Source: Octopus bimaculoides | Taxonomy: Eukaryota | Length of the DNA: 64,000 nucleotides | Assembly: GCF_001194135.2 (NCBI RefSeq) | Contig: NC_068990.1 | Location: 28,876,836-28,940,835 of the forward strand | Reading direction: 5' to 3' | Shown here: positions 1 to 11,491 of the stretch, piece after piece | Layout of the letters: each line of letters starts with the position of its first letter | How positions within the stretch are numbered: position 1 is the stretch's first letter | Made by a program: the position numbers and the translations under genes | The notes under the pieces: model-generated | What the model saw: the letters and a program-made list of their open reading frames with translations, nothing else | What the model was told of the DNA's origin: nothing | The model's database searches: none

Positions 1-9
1 ATGTATGTT

Positions 10-53
<44 letters not shown>

Positions 54-87
54 CATATATGTATGTATATATATGTTTATATACACA

Positions 88-255
88 TGACAGGATTCTG
101 CTCAGTTTCCAGCTACCAAATATGCGCACCAGGCATTGGTCAATCTGGGACAATTGTAGAAGACACTGGCTCAAGATGACATGAAGTGGAACTGAACCTA
201 AAATCTTGTGGTTGCAAGGCAAGCTTCTTCACCACACAGCCATGCCATGTGCCTA
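88..255 (-). mobile_element. SINE family B, 5' (tRNA-head) half, diverged
   Basis: Matches the head half of the copies at 1068, 50203 and 51402 (agaagacact..caag, ggaactgaacc, tgtggttg, accacacagcc..gtgccta). Confidence 0.75.
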
Positions 256-825
256 CACCGATGCAGAGTATTGCAGTATTTCAGGGCACAAAAGAGTTTG
301 GAAATGCTTTTGCTGATGTTTAAAAAACGATTTTATATGTTTAGTATAAATGTTGATAAGTTGTTGATATGCAGCAGGTTAGAAGTAACAATTGAATCGA
401 TGTCATATATCGTTAATAGAAGCGTGAATGATATATTTCTGATCAATATCGAGATGAATAATAAATAACATTGGCAAAAAAGAACATCTGAATAAATGTA
501 TTATGATTATTATTATTATTATTGTTGTTGTTGTTGTTGTTAGCTTATTCTGTGTATAGTGGCGGTGAGGTGAGGTGAGGAGAGCGAGGCCAGATTCCTG
601 TACCTGTTTTTTTTTCCTGTTTTGTTACACATGTCCTATGGCATGTAAACAATAATAGAGATGTAACTAATATAACTCTTATATTTTCTATTCTCGTCGA
701 GAACTGGAATTCATTCTCACCATTGTGAAACCACACGACAAGCGAATAAAAAAAGCTTTTAATACATGGTCAACCAAATTTGCTAGAAATAGCAGCCAAA
801 TCTCTCTCAAATCACACTACCTTTA

Positions 826-1027
826 TTCTTTTATTCTTTTACTTGTTTCAGTAATTTGACTGTGGCCATGCTGGAGCGCTGCTTTTAGTCGAACAAATCG
901 ACCCAAGGACTTATTCTATCAGTCTCTTTTGCCGAACCGCTAAGTTACGGGGATGAAAACACACCAACATCAGTTGTCAAGCAATGTTGGGGGGACAAGC
1001 ACAGACACACAAATATAAACACACACA
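826..1027 (-). mobile_element. SINE family B, 3' half
   Basis: acttgtttcagt..tgactgtggccatgctggagc..tttagtcga..gccgaaccgctaagttacgggga; shared with many copies in the window. Confidence 0.8.
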
Positions 1028-1067
1028 ACTTTCTAACATCTTATCTCCTCCATTTTTGACAAATATT

Positions 1068-1298
1068 CTTTTGATCTTTTACTTGTTTCAGTCGTTGACT
1101 GTGTCCATGCTGGAGCACCGCCTTTAGTCGAACAAATCAACCCCAAGACTTATTCTGTGTAAGCCTAGTACTTATGCTATTGGTCTCTTTTGCCAAAACC
1201 GCTAAGTTACGGGGATGGAAACACACCAGCATCAGTTATCAAGTGATGTTGGGGGTGGGGAGACAAACAGAAACATACACACGCACACTCACACACAC

Positions 1299-1337
<39 letters not shown>

Positions 1338-1475
1338 TCTATATGACAGGCTTCTTTCAGTTTCCGTCTACCAAATCCACTCACAAGGCTTTGGTCAACC
1401 CGAGGCTATAGCAGAAGACACACGCTCAAGGTGCCATGCAGTTGAACTGAACCTGGAACCATGTGGTTGGTAAGC
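1068..1475 (-). mobile_element. SINE family B, near full-length with central (CA)n
   Basis: Tail, (CA/CATA)n and head halves in order; tRNA B-box-like GGTTCAG on the minus strand. Confidence 0.9.
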
Positions 1476-1490
1476 AGCGAGCTGGCAGAA

Positions 1491-1610
1491 CCAAATACAC
1501 TCATGAGGCTTTGGTTGGCCCCAAGCTATAGTTGAAGACATTTGCCCAAGGTTTTACACAGTGGGACCGAACCTGAAACAATGTGGTTGGGAAGGAAAAC
1601 TTCTTTGCTA
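1491..1610 (-). mobile_element. SINE family B fragment
   Basis: accaaatacactcatgaggctttggt..gaagacatttgcccaagg..tgtggttggg. Confidence 0.7.
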
Positions 1611-3088
1611 CCATTTTCTAACAAAGATGAGCTATTGCAACAGAGGCATCCTCATTGTCTGAAGATCTCTTGTGTTCATAGCTTACACCGTTCCACCCCA
1701 CCGTCCCAATCTCAGGCACTTACTCGATGAAGTTCACTAGTTTAACAAGCCGAACATAGCAGTCTAAACACAATGAGCGGTTGGTAACCGGGGGTACTAA
1801 GAAAGTGAGGACAGCAGTTTACAAAGTATGACTTTCACATGAAGTTGAGTTGAGTGGCAACATAGCAGCACTCAGCCAGCTTTAGATTGTGTTACTTGAT
1901 TGCTATTTTCATGTCATTGTTAGATTTTATTAATGGAACCGGTTAACTGTCTGTTACTGGCATCTCTTGATAATGGGTTTTCAAGTAGAAGAATTCAATT
2001 TGTTGAATGTTGGATAGATTATATTTGTGTTTATTCCAATACAGAGGGCAAATTGCACTAAACACATATAACTGCAACAAGAACAGACCAAAAAAAAAAA
2101 AAAAAAANNNNNNNNNNNNNNNNNNNNNNNNNNNNNNNNNNNNNNNNNNNNNNNNNNNNNNNNNNNNNNNNNNNNNNNNNNNNNNNNNNNNNNNNNNNNN
2201 NNNNNNNNNNNNNNNNNNNNNNNNNNNNNNNNNNNNNNNNNNNNNNNNNNNNNNNNNNNNNNNNNNNNNNNNNNNNNNNNNNNNNNNNNNNNNNNNNNNN
2301 NNNNNNNNNNNNNNNNNNNNNNNNNNNNNNNNNNNNNNNNNNNNNNNNNNNNNNNNNNNNNNNNNNNNNNNNNNNNNNNNNNNNNNNNNNNNNNNNNNNN
2401 NNNNNNNNNNNNNNNNNNNNNNNNNNNNNNNNNNNNNNNNNNNNNNNNNNNNNNNNNNNNNNNNNNNNNNNNNNNNNNNNNNNNNNNNNNNNNNNNNNNN
2501 NNNNNNNNNNNNNNNNNNNNNNNNNNNNNNNNNNNNNNNNNNNNNNNNNNNNNNNNNNNNNNNNNNNNNNNNNNNNNNNNNNNNNNNNNNNNNNNNNNNN
2601 NNNNNNNNNNNNNNNNNNNNNNNNNNNNNNNNNNNNNNNNNNNNNNNNNNNNNNNNNNNNNNNNNNNNNNNNNNNNNNNNNNNNNNNNNNNNNNNNNNNN
2701 NNNNNNNNNNNNNNNNNNNNNNNNNNNNNNNNNNNNNNNNNNNNNNNNNNNNNNNNNNNNNNNNNNNNNNNNNNNNNNNNNNNNNNNNNNNNNNNNNNNN
2801 NNNNNNNNNNNNNNNNNNNNNNNNNNNNNNNNNNNNNNNNNNNNNNNNNNNNNNNNNNNNNNNNNNNNNNNNNNNNNNNNNNNNNNNNNNNNNNNNNNNN
2901 NNNNNNNNNNNNNNNNNNNNNNNNNNNNNNNNNNNNNNNNNNNNNNNNNNNNNNNNNNNNNNNNNNNNNNNNNNNNNNNNNNNNNNNNNNNNNNNNNNNN
3001 NNNNNNNNNNNNNNNNNNNNNNNNNNNNNNNNNNNNNNNNNNNNNNNNNNNNNNNNNNNNNNNNNNNNNNNNNNNNNNNNNNNNNNNN

Positions 3089-3195
3089 AGTTTCCGTCTA
3101 CCAAATCCACTCACAAGGCTTTGGTTGACCCGAGGCTATAGTAGAAGACACTTGCCCAAGGTGCCATGCAGTGGAACTGAACCTGGAACCATGTG
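3089..3195 (-). mobile_element. SINE family B head portion
   Basis: agtttccgtctaccaaatccactcacaaggctttgg..agaagacacttgcccaaggtgcc..ggaaccatg. Confidence 0.85.
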
Positions 3196-3414
3196 TGTGT
3201 ATGTTTGTGTGTGTGTGTTTGTCCCCCCAACATTGCTTGACAATCAATGGTGGTGTGTTTACATCCCCGTAACTTAGCAGTTCAGCAAAAGAGACCAATA
3301 GAATAAGTACTAGGCTTACAAAGAATAAGTCCTGGGGTCAATTTGCTCGACTAAAGGCGGTGCTCCAGCATGGCCGCAGTCAAATGACTGAAACAAGTAA
3401 AAGAGTAAAAGAGT
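3196..3414 (+). mobile_element. SINE family B 3' half (opposite orientation to the adjacent head piece)
   Basis: tgtttacatccccgtaacttagc..ctaaaggcggtgctccagcatggccgcagtcaaatgactgaaacaagtaaaagagtaaaagag. Confidence 0.9.
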
Positions 3415-3415
3415 A

Positions 3416-3458
<43 letters not shown>

Positions 3459-3836
3459 ATATATATAGAGAGAATCTATATATATATATTTGTTTGTTTG
3501 TATGGGTGTTTTCAAATTTAGTAAGACATGATAACTATTTTTAGCACAATGTTTAAACAAAGTCATAAAGTCAATTAGTATTTTATTTAATTTCTTTCTT
3601 TCTTGTTTTTTTTTTATGTCTCTTAATTTATTTTATTTTTTACAGTTCATTCTACTAGTTTCTGACATCTGTAAAGGAAAGGGTGGTTTGGTGGGAACTA
3701 CCTGTTTAGCATACTAGTATTTTTGATTAGTATTTTAATTAATTAATCTAAATAGCATGCAGAATAAAATAATGAGATTACATACACTGCTAAAATTTCT
3801 GCACGCACAAATAACAAATAATGAAAATTTCTAAAA

Positions 3837-4030
3837 TACAAGGTGCATTCCAGAAGTTTTGAGACTTTATCAGGCAAGACATTTATTACAAATCTGCATC
3901 AAAGTTGGATCCTCTGACTTCAATGTGCGTGTTGTAGGGATCCAGCCACTTCACAAAGGCCCCATGGAAGTCCTCCAAAGTGAAAGTGTCAAGAACCCTT
4001 GTCACAGCCTCCTTCATCTTTTCAATGTGA
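3837..4030 (-). mobile_element. mariner 3'-end remnant (TA + terminal inverted repeat + transposase C-terminus)
   Basis: Minus strand translates IEKMKEAVTRVLDTFTLEDFHGAFVKWLDPYNTHIEVRGSNF, resembling the mariner C-terminal ..W..R..KCI...G.YF segment. The end reads TA-CAAGGTGCATTCCAGAAGTTTTTGAGAC. Confidence 0.7.
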
Positions 4031-4374
4031 CTACTGTACCAGTAATTGTAGGATCTCTAGGAATGATAAAAAAAAGGTGCTGAAACCTATTTGAAAATGA
4101 TACCAAGCTTACCATCCTTATAGGAAGTGCAAAAAATCTACCAAGTAAACATTCCATTTTGATGCTTGCACTCAAAGCACACATGTAGATTTTTCAGACT
4201 CATTTCTACATACACAAACTCCCTTTATACAATATGGATGCATGCAGTCTATACATATTCACTTGTATGGATCGGTAATCCATTTGTTCTGACTTGCCTG
4301 TGCAGATGCACACCCAGTTGGTACAGTCACATTTCTGCTAACCTATACACTGCACAGTCTTACTAGTATGGATG

Positions 4375-4419
<45 letters not shown>

Positions 4420-5289
4420 GCCTTTATTGCTCTGCACTTCTGCAAAATATGGAGGCCATTCTATCTCTCACAGTCAAAGACGACTATTTTCACAAGATTC
4501 TTTCCAATGAATCTTTTCATGAATAATAAATTCTCCTTTTGGATTACATGACTTGCTTGGCCAGAATTACCATATTGCCTAAATTACTTTTTATTTTTAT
4601 CAATTCAACGATGTTATTGTTGATATTTGCGTTCACTTTTCTCAGAAGTTTCTAGAATATGATTATCAACTTTAATATATATTTTGTCAATTTCTTTTTA
4701 CTTCAAGTTTTGATTCAGTGCAGTTAAGGATTATGGATTACTTTTTGGACAATTTGCACTTGGTAGCAAGCCAATCCAGAAGATAAGTGAGACTATCGAA
4801 GAAATAATTGAAAGAGGTTTTTATCAAAAGCATCCAACCTCGGAGTACTTATTCACAGTGAACATTAAATGATGATGATGATGATGATAATGGTTTCACA
4901 GTATAAATAATCTTGAATGGAATCTTCATAATTAAATAAATAGTCTACACATTTTGTCCAAATATTTGATTGGTTGAATGATCTTTGGTAAACTTATAAC
5001 CAATCTATGGATTATGGATTTTCATTTTGATCAGTTTGCACTTGGTAACATTCCAATCTAGAAGTTCAGTGAGATCATTGAAGAAATTAATAGAAGAATA
5101 GATTTTTTCAAAATAGTCTACTTTGAGAATATTTTCTCAATCCATATTTTTGTAATATTAAATAAAGCATTCTTTGTTAATTATGCATTTTATAGTTTGT
5201 CTCAGTTTTTCATTGGATTATGGATAGTTTTGTGTTTAATTTGCATCAGTCATTTAGTCTATTTGCTTCCATGCTAGAGCTCCACTTTG

Positions 5290-5540
5290 AAGCATAATAC
5301 AATTAGTTAGATTGCATAATGTTTCATAAGTCCCAACTCATCAGGCACTTGGGTGAACAGGTGAACAATGACTTGTTGACTAATCAACAGATAATTAACA
5401 AGTGAAATTTCTAATCAGAATACAAACAAATTAACCCTATTTTTAAATCCTGACACTTATTCTCTCTGAATAGCTAAGTTACAGGAATGTAACCAAAGCA
5501 ACAATTGTCGTCATTCATTGATTGGAGACAAACACAAACA

Positions 5541-5612
<72 letters not shown>

Positions 5613-6031
5613 TTCCATTACAAGGGTTCCATAAAGGACCAAAGCATATCAAAATAAACATGCCAGTAATTGGCTAGACAGAATCACACAAAGCAGACAG
5701 TTAAGTAATTAATTATCATTCTACAAAAGGTATTGCTGAAAGGAGATCATAGTTGTTAGGTAATCTGCAATTCCAATATTACCCAAAAGTTTTCAGCAGC
5801 GAATGGTACTTTAAGTGTAGCATAAAAACATAATAAAAACATATGAATGGGTTATCTGGTATTACCACAATTGATTCATTGAGAATTTTTATTTTTTATG
5901 TAAGCATAATACAATTAGTTAAATTGCATAATATATTACATAATTCCCAACTCATCAGGCACTCAGGTGAACAATGACTTGACTTATCAACAGATAGTCA
6001 ACAAGTAAAATTTCAAATCAGAGTACCAACA
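5290..6031. repeat. Two ~130-bp direct repeats (5290-5428 and 5902-6031)
   Basis: aagcataatacaattagtta..cccaactcatcaggcact..ggtgaacaatgacttg..atcaacagata..aacaagt.aaatttc.aatcaga present in both copies. Confidence 0.85.
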
Positions 6032-6259
6032 TTGAAGGAATTTATGACAGGTGTGTCTCTGAGCTGTCAATCAAAAAAGATAATAGAATAACATCATAAA
6101 TATGAAGACATTTGGGGATATTAAGATCTATAAGAAGTCATTAAACTAAGCAACTTTTCACACAAAGGGAAATAGAGATAGAACTTATCCAAATATGGTA
6201 CATAGCTGGTGCCAAGAAAATATTTAAGCCTATCAAGACAAGTTCAAAGACAGTTAACA

Positions 6260-6317
6260 ACAATGTCCTAAATAGAACGTTGTCCTGATTTGTATTTAGG
6301 ACATTGTCCTAAATAGG
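6260..6317. repeat. 15-bp perfect inverted repeat plus third GTCCTAAATA motif
   Basis: acaatgtcctaaata (6260-6274) / tatttaggacattgt (6293-6307). Confidence 0.8.
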
Positions 6318-6407
6318 ATATTGTCGGAGACTGCCTTTGAACTTTGGAATAATTTACAGAGAGATAGATCACCATCAGAATTTTCAGAAAATATTCACAG
6401 TTTGAGA

Positions 6408-6409
<2 letters not shown>

Positions 6410-6448
<39 letters not shown>

Positions 6449-6458
6449 NNNNNNNNNN

Positions 6459-6521
<63 letters not shown>

Positions 6522-6626
6522 AGAGACAGACAGACAGACAGACAGACAGGCAGAGGAGAGAGAGTGAGAAGAGAGAGAGAGAGGAGAGAGAAAAAGAGAT
6601 AAATACACGCACAGATATAGAGACAC

Positions 6627-6683
<57 letters not shown>

Positions 6684-6800
6684 CATAGGTAGAGAGAGAG
6701 AGATTAGATTGTAAGGTGATAAAATCATATATGTATGCATATATATGTATGTGTGCATACACACACAAATACTCACATACATACACACACATGTACACAC
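6410..6800. repeat. Compound microsatellite (TA)n-(GA)n-(GACA)n-(GATA)n
   Basis: Directly visible; source of ORFs 6268-6848. Confidence 0.95.
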
Positions 6801-7170
6801 ACACTTTTCCATTTCAAGAGCATGGACTCTTGTCCCGTTAAAGGTCAAAATGGCAGCTTGTTAATCCAGGTGAAATAACCATTCCTTATCCAAGCACTGA
6901 ATATCAACTTTTCCTGAAGAGGTCATAACATAACCTGTACAGTATGTATATTGTATTGACTACTAATATGATACAATGTGTTGAAGCCTGGAAATACTGT
7001 CCTACATATGTACACATACACACACACACACACACGCACTCAAATAAATACATACACACACACACACACAGATAAACACACACATGCACACACACACACA
7101 CACACACAGATAAATACATATACACAATGTTAACATATTAACTCAAAAGATGACAGCTATACAATGCATT

Positions 7171-7228
<58 letters not shown>

Positions 7229-7296
7229 TGCACACATTAATATTTCATCTATATATATATATATAAGTGTGTGTGTGTGTGTACATACATATTGTT

Positions 7297-7468
7297 AGTG
7301 CCGCCTGACTAGCACCCATACCGGTGGCACATAAAAAGCACCATTCAAGTATAGCCGATGCCAGTGCCACCTGACTAGCTCCCATACCCAGTGGCACATA
7401 AAAGCACCCACTACACTCTCAGAGTGGTTGGCATTAGGAAGGGCATCCAGCTCTAGAAACCTTGCCAG
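7297..7468 (+). mobile_element. Family C repeat (RTE 3'-UTR-like or RTE-dependent SINE) with internal 45-bp duplication
   Basis: gtggcacataaaagcacc..ctacactctcagagtggttggcattaggaagggcatccagc; homologous to 13546-13780. Confidence 0.75.
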
Positions 7469-7756
7469 CAGCAATAATAAATTAGTCCATTTGAAATCTA
7501 ATGGCTTTAATTTCTCAGAAATTAACCCTTGTACAAATGATGTCAACTAACAAACACTTCTCCTAGGTTTGGTTATCGAAAATTACTGTGTTAGATGACT
7601 ATCCTATTGTGGAGACATCAAGACAACCTCATGACTCCAAACTGTTTGACTAACGCCAGTATAACAGTATAATACAGAATGCTGAGTGTGACTTTTACCT
7701 GCGAATGTCACCTTAAGAATGTAAAACTATAAAACAAAGCTATGCAAGCCTATAGG

Positions 7757-7832
7757 CCGACTTACAACCAAAGCGACTTATGACGAGTCAGTCAAACGTA
7801 ATTGTGGTCATAAGTCGACAATGACTTGTGTA
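7757..7832. mobile_element. Tigger/pogo-type element end
   Basis: Subterminal repeats cgacttacaac, cgacttatgac and inverted gtcataagtcga, ending in ..gacttgtg-TA. This is the CGACTTACGAC repeat arrangement typical of Tigger termini. Confidence 0.55.
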
Positions 7833-8541
7833 TATATATATATATATATATATATACATACATATATATANNNNNNNNNNNNNNNNNNNNNNNNNNNNNN
7901 NNNNNNNNNNNNNNNNNNNNNNNNNNNNNNNNNNNNNNNNNNNNNNNNNNNNNNNNNNNNNNNNNNNNNNNNNNNNNNNNNNNNNNNNNNNNNNNNNNNN
8001 NNNNNNNNNNNNNNNNNNNNNNNNNNNNNNNNNNNNNNNNNNNNNNNNNNNNNNNNNNNNNNNNNNNNNNNNNNNNNNNNNNNNNNNNNNNNNNNNNNNN
8101 NNNNNNNNNNNNNNNNNNNNNNNNNNNNNNNNNNNNNNNNNNNNNNNNNNNNNNNNNNNNNNNNNNNNNNNNNNNNNNNNNNNNNNNNNNNNNNNNNNNN
8201 NNNNNNNNNNNNNNNNNNNNNNNNNNNNNNNNNNNNNNNNNNNNNNNNNNNNNNNNNNNNNNNNNNNNNNNNNNNNNNNNNNNNNNNNNNNNNNNNNNNN
8301 NNNNNNNNNNNNNNNNNNNNNNNNNNNNNNNNNNNNNNNNNNNNNNNNNNNNNNNNNNNNNNNNNNNNNNNNNNNNNNNNNNNNNNNNNNNNNNNNNNNN
8401 NNNNNNNNNNNNNNNNNNNNNNNNNNNNNNNNNNNNNNNNNNNNNNNNNNNNNNNNNNNNNNNNNNNNNNNNNNNNNNNNNNNNNNNNNNNNNNNNNNNN
8501 NNNNNNNNNNNNNNNNNNNNNNNNNNNNNNNNNNNNNNNNN

Positions 8542-8582
<41 letters not shown>

Positions 8583-9049
8583 TATACATAAACACACACA
8601 CAGATATATATACAGTTAACTTCTTTTAGTTATTGAAAGGACTACACACTTATTTAGAATTTGAAATGAAATAATTTACTATGTTGCGACATATGTGTGT
8701 GTGTGCACGTGTGTGTGTGTGTGTGCACGTGTTTGTGTGTGTGTATATATATGTATATACATATATTTATATATATATATATAAATTCTTTGAATAACAT
8801 TGTGCAAATCAAAAAAAAAAAAAACATACATTCTTTGCTTAGGAGGAATCTGATGAACAAAATTTGGTGTGATTCAATCAAAAACTATACATACTTTATA
8901 GAGGAAAAAAATTGCTTGAACAAATTTATATGTAATTCATTCTAAAAAAAAAAAATTTACACTTTCTTTATTTTATTCAACAAGTTAAAATCAAAAACAA
9001 CAAAAAAAGTAGATAAATAAACAATAAAAATGGTGTTATTGGTTCTGTT

Positions 9050-9410
9050 AGACTCATATATTTTTTGTTTAAAGGATTGATTTCTTTATCTTCTTTTTGC
9101 GAATTTCTAATTCTTCCTTATAACAATTCAGTGCTAATATTTCAGATCTTTTTAACTTTGATGTTATGTTGAACATTTGTATCTTATTTTTATGACGGTT
9201 GCACTAAAGCCTTCAAATAAAAATGTCTGTTGTTAAAAACCGTTAATGAAGAAGACTCTCCCTTGCTGTCTGAACTAGACTATTCCTGTTCTGCTGACTG
9301 CATAAGGAGGCAGGTTCTTATATTCAGCATGCAATAAATCCTGAAGATCATCTGCACCAATTTCTTCAAATCCCATTTGTTGCATCATTTCTCCAAGACT
9401 ATTTACCTTT
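9050..9410 (-). mobile_element. Tigger/pogo transposase C-terminal remnant
   Basis: Minus strand with frameshifts gives QMGFEEIGADDLQDLL ... DTNVQHNIKVKK ... LNCYKEELEIRKKK, resembling the Tigger C-terminal GFE.V.E.DV.ELL and DPN.ER..KV..CYKE segments. Confidence 0.5.
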
Positions 9411-9535
9411 TATTTTTCCTCTTGTTTCAGTCATTGGATAATGGCCATGCTGGGGTGCCACCTTTTACTCAAATGAATGAACACCAGTGCTCATTTTTAA
9501 GTCTAGTACTTATTCTAGCCATAAAGAGTAAGCCA

Positions 9536-9882
9536 TAGACGTTTGCTGAATGTCTGCACCACTTACTCAAGGTCTGGTGGCCAGACAAAATTTCAAACGG
9601 AAGCCTATGGGACAGAATGGACCAAAGCCAAATCAAGCAAGAAATTCTGGAAAGGAAATGGAGGTAGGATTGGTTACACTCTTTGGAGACCTCAAAGCAG
9701 CGTTGCAAGACAAGTGTTAGACTGGCAACCTGAAGGAAAGAGAAAAGTTGGATGATCTAAGAAGACCTGGAAAGGATGCATGGAGGATGAAGTGAAAGCA
9801 ATCATTCTCTCTTGGTCTGAAATGAGGGAGGCAGCCCGTGATAAGTGTCCAGTGGCATGAAATGGAGGTGGCCCCATGCTCC
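9536..9882 (+). mobile_element. RTE-clade LINE, 3' end of ORF (decayed)
   Basis: CLHHLLKVWWPDKISNGSLW..KWR / IGYTLWRPQSSVARQVLDWQPEGKRKVG*SKKTWKGCMEDEVKA matches the RTE C-terminal CLRRIL.I.WPD.ISN..KWRWIGH.LR..L.W.P.GKRK.GRPK.TW pattern. Confidence 0.9.
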
Positions 9883-10136
9883 TGTGGAAGTGTATGGCTT
9901 AGTGGTTAGGGTGTTGGACATGGTCGTAAGATTATGGTTTCAATTCCTGGACCGGGTGACAGGTTGTGTTCTTGAAGAAAACATCTCATTTCACGTTGCT
10001 CCAGTCCACTCAGCTGGCAGAAATGAGTAATCCTGCAATGGACTAGTGTACTATCCAGGTGGGGAACTTATACACCATGAAACCGGGAAACCGACCCTTA
10101 CGAGTTGGTCTGACTCAAGAATATAATTTTTTTTTA
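9883..10136 (+). mobile_element. tRNA-derived SINE family D
   Basis: A-box tggcttagtgg, B-box-like gtttcaattcc, body ttcacgttgctccagtccactcagctggc..cctgcaatggact..tccaggtgggga..aaaccgggaaacc. Confidence 0.85.
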
Positions 10137-10357
10137 ACCTATGCTCCTTATGGAGGAATGTAGACTAAAGAAAGAAAAGAAGAAAAAAAACTTATTCTAC
10201 AGGTCTTTTTTGCCAAACTGCTAAGTTACAGGAGTCATAAATAAACCAACACCAGCTGTCAAATATAATATTTTATATTTTGATCATTTTACCAAAAATT
10301 TATTGCGAATTAGACTGGAAAGATTTCCTTCTGATAACAATGGCACAATGGTAACGA

Positions 10358-10613
10358 AAAGGTAAAGTTACCTTCTTGAATCATGTTGACTCTTAAGGGC
10401 TAATTTCCCAGTTTCCGTGGTGCAAGAAATTCCCCACCTGGACGGGACGCCCGTCCATCGCAGGATTACTCATTTTCACCAATTGACTGAACTGGAGAAA
10501 CATGAAATGAAGTGTTTTGCTCCAGAACACAATGCTTCATCCAGTCCAGGAATTGAAACCACAATCTTACAATTATGAGTCTAACACCCAAATCACTAAG
10601 CCACATACCTCCG
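10358..10613 (-). mobile_element. SINE family D (inverted relative to the 9883 copy)
   Basis: Reverse complement matches 9883-10136 and 18403-18655. Confidence 0.85.
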
Positions 10614-10689
10614 AAATGGTGCAATGGACCCAGCTCCTATAAGCACAGGGGTTAAGATAGCAGACAAATCGATATTAAAGGTAATCCTT

Positions 10690-11323
10690 AACCTGAACAT
10701 CGTTAACTAACACACTCATAGCTGTGTGAAAAAAATGAGCCAACAGGGTCAACTAGCAGCTGTTGCAGGCACTTTCAGGAAATACTCATACCTGTGAATC
10801 AATAGAAATCAATAGGGGCAGGTAAAAACAGTTAACTAAGCCACAGAATTTTAAAATCTACTGGAACCTTCAGGTGTGCTGTCACAGATCTCTGCAAAAA
10901 AAGCGGACTCCAATAATGCTACTGTATAATTGGGATCAGCCACTGCTATGCAATGATACAAGACTGATGGTTAAGAAGCTTATGTTATATGTCGAGGTTG
11001 CTATCAAGATTCCTTTATCCACTAAGTTCATCAAAGGAAAGGATATAATTATTATCTAGAATCTCATTCATATCAACAGATGTGTTTGATTTAGAAGGAT
11101 TTAAACATCCATAAGACTCTAAATTTTTACCATGCGAATCAATAAACACTAAGAGAAAACAGTAATGCTTGCTTGATTGCATCTTAAGAAATACTGCTTT
11201 GCTAATGGCCAATTTTATGTAGGATGCTCAAGCGGTGGAACCTCTTATAATTCTAAAATCTTTATTTATGCTTCATTTGGTAATACTAAAAAAAAAAGGG
11301 TTGTATCTGAGGTGCTAACATAA
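10690..11323 (+). pseudogene. Helitron Pif1-like helicase C-terminal remnant
   Basis: TEF*NLLEPSG..TPIMLLYNWDQPLLCNDTRLMVKKLM..FTMRINK..CFANGQFYVGCS..FIYASFGNTKKK matches Helitron YPTEFLNSL.P.G..G.PIMLLRNL....LCNGTRL..FAMTINKSQG..CFSHGQLYVACSR; stops and frameshifts present. Confidence 0.85.
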
Positions 11324-11491
11324 GAATGTTCAGAATTCCTACAGCTATGAGGGTATAAGTCATGATATCAACTACGCTGAGCCTAATTGCAACTTTTAAT
11401 ATCATTTCTTTATGACTTCCTGTGTTGCACTTTCAATATTTTGGATGTGTTTTTACTCTGAGCTCTCTGATTTCCACATTTTATAAATATG

